Shown here piece by piece: positions 52,899 through 61,248 of a stretch of DNA of 64,000 nt. The notes beneath the pieces are model-generated. The model did not search any database and was not told the origin of the DNA. It worked only from the letters and a program-made list of their open reading frames with translations. Each line of letters starts with the position of its first letter. Position 1 is the stretch's first letter. Origin of the DNA: Orbicella franksi (taxonomy: Eukaryota); the NCBI GenBank assembly GCA_964199315.1, contig OZ116712.1, forward strand, positions 62,001 to 126,000. Direction: 5' to 3'. The position numbers were made by a program, and so were the translations under genes.

Positions 52899-55800
52899 GT
52901 AAGAAAAAGTGGAACGGTATCCATTAATTTGTAGAAAAACGAATAAGTGTACATTTTATAGATTAGTGTAACAATCTTCTGTTTAGGGACCCATCTTAGG
53001 AGCCCAATGATTCTCTCGATCCGCGTGGATCAAACCAGGACGTAACATGTCGATCAAAGTCGATCATCGAAAACGTAGTCGATAAGTCGATAGTACTCGA
53101 TATTTGTCGATAATTGTCAATCGACAAGTTAAATTTGTCGATAAAAGTTGATAATCACAAGATTTTCAACTGATTATCGATTTTATCGACAAAAATGCAG
53201 ACAAATGTTTCAATCAGCTACGAAATTCAAGTGACCAAAGCAATAATAGCTCCAATGACTTTTTTTATGCCGAGTGTAAACAGCTTGAAAGTGAATCTGT
53301 ATGGCAATAAACCTAAATAAAAACCTGAACAACCAAGTGGTCTGTTATTCATTACAGAATTGAATGTTTAAATTACCTTGAGAAATGATCGATTAACAGT
53401 TTCAGCTGAACTAAATCGCGATCTATAACATAACTCGAACCAACCTAATTCCCAGGGTCTCTCTAGGCGGAGGAGATGAGAGATCCTGGGAACTCGAAGT
53501 CGTGGTTCTTCGGGGGAACAGAACGGGCCAAAGTTTAGACTAGATGTGGGATAAAATCGAGGCAAGCAAAGTAATTAAGAAGTAAAGTAAAGTAAATTGA
53601 TATTTTATTTCATCGGTGTTTTTACTCAGTTCAACATGTGACAAATACAAGCTGCTACGACTCTCCTCCCTCTCCGCTAGGTTGGCTAAATTTTCCCAGT
53701 TTGTATGCCTCTTGCTTCTCCTTGTGCCTGTGACTGTTGTACCAGTCCACAACCTACATATGCCTATGCCATACATCGTTTTTTGTATTTCGGATACTTG
53801 TTGATTGAAATCGAACAAAATCGATCAAAATTGATCAAAATCAATCATAATCGAACAAAGTCGATAATCACAATAAATTGTGTGATTGACTTTTATCGAT
53901 TTCCGATATTTGTCAATTGATTAGTATCGACAACGATCAACAATGATTGATTTTTATCGACTATCGAAATAATCGACATGTTACGTCCTGATCAAACCCT
54001 TTTAGTTATATGAGGGAAAAATGTACGTGACCATTTATGGTTGTCGATAAGCTTTACAACGACGACAGTCACTCATGTGTTAACTGTTACAGATGCCCTT
54101 CCCGATTCCCCTCGATCGTCCATTTGTCGACAAGTTTATTTTTATGCTTGTGAGCTTAAAATGGCTCCTTCAATTTCAAGACAGCGCAGCCTTAACCTCT
54201 TACAGTTAAGTGATTGCCTTCTAACAACTGTGATCATTCATCATGTTACAACTGAAAATTAATAAGCTTAAATATAATAACAATAACATAAAAAAGCGTA
54301 TCACAACTGGAAGTAAAGGCTACATCTTAAAGCTAAAGAACAGTTACTTTAGGGTTACCTGAGTGTCTGTATTAACTAGGCTCTCAGCATCGACATGAGA
54401 GTTATTAATAGTCACTTGTTATATCTATTCAAAGACTAAAGCAAGAAAGAGAACAATTTTCAATGTCCTAACTGTAATTTAGATTCAAACTGAATGAAAC
54501 ATATGCCTATTGAAATAGTCAGCTGTTTTGCACCAGGGTCTACAGGGGTCAAACACCAGACTGAAAGATACAGTCATCAAACATGTCACACTGTAAGGCT
54601 ATTTTGTAACCTTTTTTTAGGAACAAAATACATTAACCTGTAGAAAGCTTTCATTTAAGAGTTCAGTAAGCGGATTTTATTCAGTGAACAGATAATCAGT
54701 ATCAGTTAAACTGAGTTTATGCAAGAGTGTGTCACTCAGGGTCACAGAAAAGTGTCGGTTGTCTATATGATATGGTGTCCGTATTTAGGGGGCTAATGTA
54801 AGAGAACATGTATGAGCTTTCCATTGGGATAAACAAAGCTCCCTGAAATAAGATTGTGTCTGTATTTTAAGTGTGTGTTGTCCATAGAGTGGGATTACAC
54901 TCTAGTTATAAATTTCAATCTTAAATTAACAATGGCAATTTTGTCACATTTTTAGGTACAACCCTGAAAATCTTACAACTCTTGAAAGCTATGTTCATCT
55001 GCAGGTATGAATATCTAAAGACCTAGGTAAACTAACTTGTAGTTAACTGAAGTTGAATGTCGCTAATGCCAGTAGTTCTGAGTCAAAACGTAGCATAAAG
55101 GTCAACAAAATATCCCCTTGTGTGGAGTCTTTATAAGGTACATTGTGTTTCACATTATTTCACGTATTGTCTTTGTTAGGTTTATAATAATGCATATGAT
55201 GTGGATGCAAATTTAGCAGTATTAAAATTGTGAGTAACATATGATTTCTGTGGTTGTTTCTAGAGTTATAAATTGAAATGTTTTGAAAGCTGAGAGAATA
55301 AGCTGTGGAAACATGAACCACAGACCAACATTGTTTGATTTAAGTTGTGTTGAAACCTCACAGAGTTAGGCTATAGTGAAACCTTGAGACATGAAATGTA
55401 ATTCTATCTTTTCTGTGGGCACAAAATCCTGAAGTGTGGCCATTTCTGAAATGAAAGTTATGGAGCATTATTTTTGTGTTGTGTTGGTTTTTAAAAGTTT
55501 TGGATATATTTTATAAACTAAGCACATATTAAGCACTTTTTCGGGTAGTTTGCAAATGCAGTAATTTGGTGAATGTAACAGCTGGAAATTTGCCTGTGTT
55601 CACAGACAAACTTTGCAAATAACAGGTTAACAAATTGATTTTTTTTTTGATGTTAGGTATCAATTTAACCCTGCCTATCACCAAACTACAGTCACCATGC
55701 AGATCCTGCTGAAAGCTCTCATGACATTACCAAATGCCGACTTCATCATGTGCAGATGTTTAATTGATGATGCCAACGTATCCTTTGTTGTCAGAGCAAC

Positions 55801-58562
55801 ATTAGGGTCCATTAAATTTAGAATTCGGTAAAAGTATGATCACTTAATGAATGAATAAGCAAGTAATATTCATGATTGTATTTTACTAATATTAATGCTT
55901 ATTTCATAATAATTTATCTAGTACTGTAACTGAAAAGCCCTTGTTGGGTATGATTTAAGCTAACAAAATAATAGCAGTGTTCACTGTTTTGATTGACTTT
56001 GAATTTAAGCTGACTCTAATCCCATTGGGCATTAAGAAAACTAGGTTCTGGTGACCAGTGTGTATCTGAGTTTTTAATAACCACTTCCTGGAATGCAAAT
56101 CACTGTTAATATCCTTGACATTGAATTTCAGCAACAAGATCCAGCTATAGCACGTGTCATTAGACTCGCAGAGCTACTGGAAACATGTAATTTTTTGGAG
56201 GCCTGGGTAGGAGTTTTATACAAACAATAATCATGTACAGGGCACTAATGAGTAAAGTAATTCAATCTTTCTTTCAAGGGGAGGTCAAACTGTTGTTGCA
56301 AGTAAGAATTAGGTCTTTTTTTCAGAAATACTTAGAGGAAGAGAGTTCACTTGTGGATGGCATTGTAGGATTTCATGATGCAATAAGAAAATGTGAGTAT
56401 TGTGATGAAAGTACAGTGGATTCCTGATTTTCGAACCTCCAAGGGAAACAAGAACTGGTTCGAAAAATCAGATAGTTCATGAAATCAGGGGTAAAATTAC
56501 AGTGTTTGACTGAGGAGAGGGAGACTTTTGGTTTGAGTTATCAGGAGGTTCAAAAAATCGAAAGTTTGAGAAATCGGGATTCCACTGTAGTGGTATGTTG
56601 TTGATTATAAGCATATTACAAACAAGTTATTCTGTTGTCTTCATAATGTCAAACAAATTAGGAAATGCTTATCAGGTAGCTCCCCTGAAACACTACATGT
56701 AGATGATGGTAACTGGATTAACAAGTGCAACAGCTCACTATTGGATTGCCACAAATGAAAACAAGAGGCTGATCAGTGTGGTAGCCAGATGTTCATTCCA
56801 ACTAAGCCAGGTTTAGTCAAATAACACCAATTCTTCTGGACTTCAGTGGCTACCAATTACGTATTTTGTTACTTTGAGATAAATGTTACAATTAAGATCA
56901 AATCATAACTTTTTCTGGATATCCCACCTGGAACAATGCCACGTAGAATGAGCATTACAATTTGTAGTATACTGGCTAACAGTTCCATGGAGAAAAGGAG
57001 CTTTCTAAATGGTTCCCAAAGAGTTAATTGTTTGCATTTGTTTAGATCAAGTAGGAACCTCTTTCTTACCTTTTGTAGTATTAATTTTTAGCTCACAACT
57101 TTTTTTTTTTTGATAGATGCCAGTTATGTCATAGGAATAACATATCAAACAATAGATAAAAACCTTATATCAGAACTTCTTGGAGGGTTGCAAGGTATGT
57201 TTCATCACTGTCAACAGATTAACATTTCACTGACAGAAGTGTTTGTGTTGAGACCAGTTTACATATTTTGTACAATTTTTGTTTGTCTATTTTGCCGTCA
57301 TTTCACTTTCAGGGTATGTTCTTAATTTTCCCCAGGACTATTGTCTATTGACAATGCAATGCCCCATTTTTCAGGTCTGTGTTTGGTGATCAGGCCTTTG
57401 AGTAGAAGCAAGGCTAGAGTTGACATTGTTATGATACAAAATTTGTAACTTTTCAAATGTAATTTATCCAGTTCTCATGCTAGCTATTGTAGTTTCTAAT
57501 CTCGTCAACCATGGCCTCACTTTCATGCAGAGGCTCAGTTACACATTTCACAGAACTGTAAACTGGCCATTGTTGAAGTGGTTTTCATTCACAGTGATGA
57601 GTAACGAGTGTTCTTGGACTGTTGATTAAACATGCAGGCCAGTTCATGGTTTAGTGTCGCCATCATAGTGNNNNNNNNNNNNNNNNNNNNNNNNNNNNNN
57701 NNNNNNNNNNNNNNNNNNNNNNNNNNNNNNNNNNNNNNNNNNNNNNNNNNNNNNNNNNNNNNNNNNNNNNNNNNNNNNNNNNNNNNNNNNNNNNNNNNNN
57801 NNNNNNNNNNNNNNNNNNNNNNNNNNNNNNNNNNNNNNNNNNNNNNNNTCAACTCGGGATGATGAGGCTGATTAGGCCTCTAGCAAGATTATGCTAATTT
57901 ACCGAGAAAAATAACTTTAAACGAAAGAAAATTGAAATTAAAAAATTACAAGAGATAAAATTACAAAATTACATCAGGCTGGATGGAGCTGAAAAAGCAT
58001 AGTTTATTTCAGAGCAATCTATGAAGTGGTTCTGTTACATGTGGTTTATGTTAACAATTTTCAGGTGAAGAACTTGATGACTGGATAAAAGCTCAAAACT
58101 GGACAATCAAGGACGACGGAAAAGTATATGTTTGCAACCAGGAAGCTCATATCAAGTCCAAGAATATTGCAGAGAAAATTGACTTTGAGAGTAAGTTCTA
58201 CTGACCAATTAAATGAACAAATTATGAATGACACTATTTTTCCTTGATCAACACATAAAGCAGAGGAAATAAGAAATTTTGAGGAAACTCGTCAATTTGG
58301 GGATATTGTTTTGATGTGCCGAGTTCTCATTTGCACATTTCAAGACACTATGCGCTCAACAAAACTGCAATCTTATGCATGAGGGGAGAGATGGGTGGGG
58401 TTTTACAGTCCTGTTGCCCAGTTATGTCCACTCACTCAACGGTTGCGACTACAAAAAAAGCCGCTTACCGCGTGTAAGTGTTCTGTAGAGTCTCGTCTCA
58501 CAAACCGAGTTTAATGTCGTTATTTTTCAGGTGTTGCTGGGATAATTGCCGCGGCCAAGTAG
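52846..58562 (+). CDS. eIF3K: Eukaryotic translation initiation factor 3 subunit K; whole-gene span, 9 coding exons, 651 nt, 216 aa
   Basis: Join 52846-52898, 54956-55004, 55180-55229, 55657-55777, 56132-56206, 56326-56392, 57117-57194, 58065-58190, 58531-58562. All eight introns are GT-AG and phase-compatible, giving one open frame: [125 protein letters not shown]. Confidence 0.97.
53036..53990. mobile_element. 955-bp non-autonomous DNA transposon (hAT- or P-like termini) in eIF3K intron 1
   Basis: Perfect 19-bp TIR CAGGACGTAACATGTCGAT / ATCGACATGTTACGTCCTG. Flanking duplication ATCAAAC at 53029-53035 and 53991-53997. About 11 and about 9 TCGA motifs in the two subterminal ~160-bp zones. 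No transposase ORF. Confidence 0.92.
53442..53493. mobile_element. Small hairpin MITE nested within the 955-bp element
   Basis: Imperfect inverted arms TTCCCAGGGTCTCTC / GAGAGATCCTGGGAA around a short purine-rich spacer. Confidence 0.6.
54956..55004 (+). CDS. eIF3K: eIF3K exon 2 ([17 protein letters not shown])
   Basis: Acceptor TTTTTAG|, donor CAG|GTATGA; 49 nt. Confidence 0.95.
55180..55229 (+). CDS. eIF3K: eIF3K exon 3 ([16 protein letters not shown])
   Basis: Acceptor TTTGTTAG|, donor |GTGAGT; 50 nt. Confidence 0.93.
55657..55777 (+). CDS. eIF3K: eIF3K exon 4 ([10 protein letters not shown]...CLIDDAN)
   Basis: Acceptor TGTTAG|, donor |GTATCCTTT (U12-type); 121 nt. Confidence 0.95.
55778..56131 (+). 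other. U12-type (minor spliceosome) GT-AG intron, eIF3K intron 4, 354 nt
   Basis: 5' splice site GTATCCTTT. Branch sequence TCCTTGAC at 56112-56119, with the branch A at 56118, 13 nt from the 3' end. No extended polypyrimidine tract. Confidence 0.93.
56132..56206 (+). CDS. eIF3K: eIF3K exon 5 ([25 protein letters not shown])
   Basis: Acceptor TTTCAG|, donor TGG|GTAGGA; 75 nt. Confidence 0.94.
56326..56392 (+). CDS. eIF3K: eIF3K exon 6 ([22 protein letters not shown])
   Basis: Acceptor TTTTTTTCAG|, donor |GTGAGT; 67 nt. Confidence 0.94.
56414..56587. mobile_element. Complete 174-bp Tc1/mariner-type MITE in eIF3K intron 6
   Basis: TA flanks at 56412-56413 and 56588-56589. Left TIR is CAGTGGATTCCTGATTT; the reverse complement of the right end is CAGTGGAATCCCGATTT. 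Confidence 0.88.
57117..57194 (+). CDS. eIF3K: eIF3K exon 7 ([26 protein letters not shown])
   Basis: Poly-T tract plus GATAG| acceptor, donor AAG|GTATGT; 78 nt. Confidence 0.94.
57671..57848. other. Assembly gap (178 N) within eIF3K intron 7
   Basis: Run of N. Exons 7 and 8 join in frame, so no coding exon need be hidden. Confidence 1.
58065..58190 (+). CDS. eIF3K: eIF3K exon 8 (G-EELDDWIK...IAEKIDFE)
   Basis: Acceptor TTTTCAG|, donor |GTAAGT; 126 nt. Confidence 0.95.
58531..58562 (+). CDS. eIF3K: eIF3K exon 9 ([10 protein letters not shown])
   Basis: Acceptor TTATTTTTCAG|; TAG stop at 58560-58562. Confidence 0.9.
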
Positions 58563-58636
58563 AAGTTTCGCGCTGATAACTTATTTCCACGTCTGATGTT
58601 ACTTCTGGTTTCTGTATTTACCGAGTCTGCTGAGAA

Positions 58637-58642
58637 AATAAA
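58637..58642 (+). terminator. Probable eIF3K polyadenylation signal
   Basis: First AATAAA, 75 nt after the stop codon. Confidence 0.6.
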
Positions 58643-59506
58643 ACCAGTTTACCAATGGTTGTAGCAGTATCAATTCTAACCGTAAAGTCTTCCACAAAAA
58701 CATTTGTGCTGCGATTCCCGTTGAAGGTGTTTTGCGTAAAACAATGTTACGTCATGAGAATGTTAGTAATCCGTCTGGGTTAGCAGCCTATCCGAAGCGG
58801 AAAAGAACTTTCTGATGGCCAACAACCTGACCAGTGTTGTATTTTTCTGACTGTAAGGGACGTTTTTGCCTTTTTACTAGTGCTTTCCTGTTGGTTAGAA
58901 GCGTTGGGAATACAAATCAATTTCTTTTAACTGGACTTATAAACGGGAAATCTTATACTCGGGTATTGAAAGCGAGCTTAGAAAACGGAATGTTATGAGC
59001 CGGTAACTGGGTAAGAAAGAAACTGAGGCTAATTAAAGGGTCACCCTAGGGATTCTTTCCACAGAATTCCCGCAAGGTTTCCCGCGAGCTAGAAAAAATT
59101 ATTAGGTGGACTAGCTTCGAAATGTGCTATGTCTCTTGGAAAATTCTTCTTCTGTAACAGGGGGTTGAAACGCTGTTGAGTTACTCTGATAAGCGCCGCT
59201 AAATTAAATATCCATTCCAGACATAACCCCTTTTTGCCCTGAAGGTGGAATTTCTGACCTTTTGCTTGTCGTCTCGCCGATCACTGCTAGGAAAATGTTC
59301 AAATATGCCTAGTTCATTTTCAGGGCCGTTGCACTGCTCATTTAACGTTTTCTCTGCTACGTTCTCGTTGTCGATGCCGTAGGAAGTTCCCCGTCTGACT
59401 GATCCTATAACTGAAGAGAAGGGGCTAGGAAGTCAAATATAATCTGCACAGCCGCCATTAAACCACTAGGCCTTGTTTATTTATTGATAACGTCAAAGAA
59501 TACAAG

Positions 59507-59726
59507 AATCAGATAGTGTTCCGTCCGCCAGTCAACACCCTTTGTACGGGGTGCTACCTTCTACTCGGAGTACCTTGTTTCCCCACAGTTGCTTGACTTG
59601 AATGTACTGTTTCTAAATAAAGGTCGTATTTTACGGGGTGGGGTCGTCAACCACACGTCCAACCCTCCTCCTTTATCCGGGCTTGGGACCGGCTAGATGT
59701 TCCTAAGGAACGTCTAGGCGGAGTTA
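59507..59726 (-). mobile_element. Candidate ~220-bp twister-headed non-autonomous retroelement (RTE 5' UTR-like)
   Basis: Starts at the ribozyme cleavage site and continues GGTTGGACGTGTGGTTGACGACCCCACCCCGTAAAA, recalled as RTE 5' UTR-like. Bounded by AATACAAG at 59499-59506 and 59727-59734. No ORF. Confidence 0.55.
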
Positions 59727-59731
59727 AATAC
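59658..59731 (-). ncRNA. Twister self-cleaving ribozyme (P1-type core with a P3 insertion; P1 poorly paired)
   Basis: The minus strand reads UAA-CUCC-GCC-[UAGACGUUCC-UUA-GGAACAUCUA]-GCCGGUCCCAAGCCCGGAUAAA-GGAG-GAGGG. P2 (CUCC/GGAG) is perfect and P3 pairs 9 of 10 bp. The 22-nt core is identical to the rice Osa-1-4 twister as recalled from the literature. Predicted cleavage is U|A between 59726 and 59725. Confidence 0.93.
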
Positions 59732-60419
59732 AAGTAGGATAAGTTTATCAGTATAGCGCAAGAATATGTTCAGTGAAGAAGTAAAGCGTTCCCTTATATG
59801 TTCTTTAAATAAACGCAAAATTGTTCCTAACCGAGGTAAGGACGTAAGATGTCGTGTAACCTGAAAAAGAACTCAAAAAATGTTTTGAAGGCAACGGGCA
59901 CAAAACCTAGTGACCTCTGAGAATATGGACGGAAATAAAATCTTGTAAAATATAGATAAAAGGATGGCATTGAAGACTTATGTCACATAATAGTTGATAC
60001 AAACTGGGTGGCACCAAGCTAGTAGGTAAGAAAGAAAATTCAAGAAGAGAATGCATACTTGACACGCAAGGCAGTACGAGTATGGCTTTGATTTTCGATT
60101 GAAACAATTGTCAACGTTTCCGATCATTAAGCGAAAAAAAAATGAATTTAAGGCGCAACCTTTCCTGGGGACCGGCGATTGGCAAATACAAACCCTGGGT
60201 AGAAAATGAAAAACGTTGACAGAAAAGCAGCGATAAAAGAAAGCACGAAAAAGGCACACATGTGACGACATAATCTTGTCATTACATTCAAAAGAACGGG
60301 AGAAAAAGAGTTTAAAATATCCGGAACAATCCAAGGAAAGGGGAAGTACATCGAAATAACAACTTTACGACAGTCGCAGGGTTTCCTAAGTATATGCTTT
60401 CATTATGGAGGAATATCAA

Positions 60420-60693
60420 AACCGTGACTGCTTTTTTATTAAAACGTCGAAGTTTCTACCAAATCTACGACTTTACAGATCCAGAACCTCCGGATACCAT
60501 TTTGTTTATGGACTGGAATGTTTGGTTACGTTTACGTTTCCCAGAGGCTAACTGATCTCTTTTGAGACCTCGGCCTTATTATTAGGTGTAGGTTTTTGAT
60601 TGAATTGTATTTTACTTTTAGAGGGCCACAAGTTTGTATGTAATTTTAATTACTGTTGAGTGTTACCCTCATAAAATAAAGTTTCTTACTTAC
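60420..60693 (+). mobile_element. Possible 3' end of a non-LTR retroelement
   Basis: AATAAA at 60675-60680 followed by a short (CTTA)n-type tail. No recognisable RT motif, so the 5' boundary is arbitrary. Confidence 0.3.
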
Positions 60694-60702
60694 ATTCATG
60701 GC

Positions 60703-60753
60703 CTCGATTTCCCAGAGCCCTCGCATCACAAAAAGTAAGGTTCTGGGCTCGAG
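60703..60753. mobile_element. Small hairpin MITE (CCCAGAG/TTCTGGG family)
   Basis: Arms CTCGATTTCCCAGAGCCCT and AAGGTTCTGGGCTCGAG. Similar architecture to the element at 53442-53493. Confidence 0.5.
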
Positions 60754-61021
60754 ACTGCTCTCCTTTCCTTCATCATGCCATAAGATTGAACACGATCACA
60801 CGTGACGGAGGAATTTTGAAGTCTGGTTTTGAAATCTTTCTTAGATGGCGTTATTTTTCGTCGCGTTAGAAATTTGTTGGTGTCGCGGAATCAATTCCCT
60901 AGACCGTGACAAAAAATGGTAATAAAAAACATTCACAAGGGTCAAAGTAGGCTGAATTATGTTCAGCACGATTACGTAGCACGGCAGGCCTTGTCCATGC
61001 CGCGCGGTATTAGCACGACTT

Positions 61022-61248
61022 GGCCTCAAACGGCGTGCTCTTGCCGTGCCCAACTGAATTCACAGCTTACTGCATCGGCTGCCGCTGCTTTCTACCATTT
61101 CAAATGGCCTTCAGCAAAGCAAACTTCTTCCGATCTTCCGCGACTGGACGAAATTCGACGTTTGAAACTACTGCCGCTCTTTTGTCATGTCACTGCTGGG
61201 CCAAATTCATTTGAGTTTGGCACGGCATTAGCACGACGTTTGGCCTTA
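61022..61248. mobile_element. MITE with ~40-bp imperfect TIRs
   Basis: Left end is GGCCTCAAACGGCGTGCTCTTGCCGTGCCCAACTGAATT. The reverse complement of the right end is TAAGGCCAAACGTCGTGCTAATGCCGTGCCAAACTCAAATG. An extra partial end copy lies at about 60965-61020. Confidence 0.75.

Noticed and set aside
56703-56772. Box C/D snoRNA-like pair in eIF3K intron 6 (ATGATGG ... CTGA)
   Set aside because: The C box is mismatched, there are no convincing C'/D' boxes, and I recognised no rRNA-complementary guide. A snoscan or Rfam search would be needed.
57589-57862. ORF-track entries containing poly-X, and TGATGA motifs on both sides of the gap
   Set aside because: The ORFs are artefacts of the N run. 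The motifs cannot be assessed across the gap.
60165-60183. Second twister-like string on the minus strand (GCCAATCGCCGGTCCCCAG)
   Set aside because: It lacks UAA, P2, the 3' strand of P4, AUAAA and GAGGG, so it cannot form the fold. At best a relic, probably chance.
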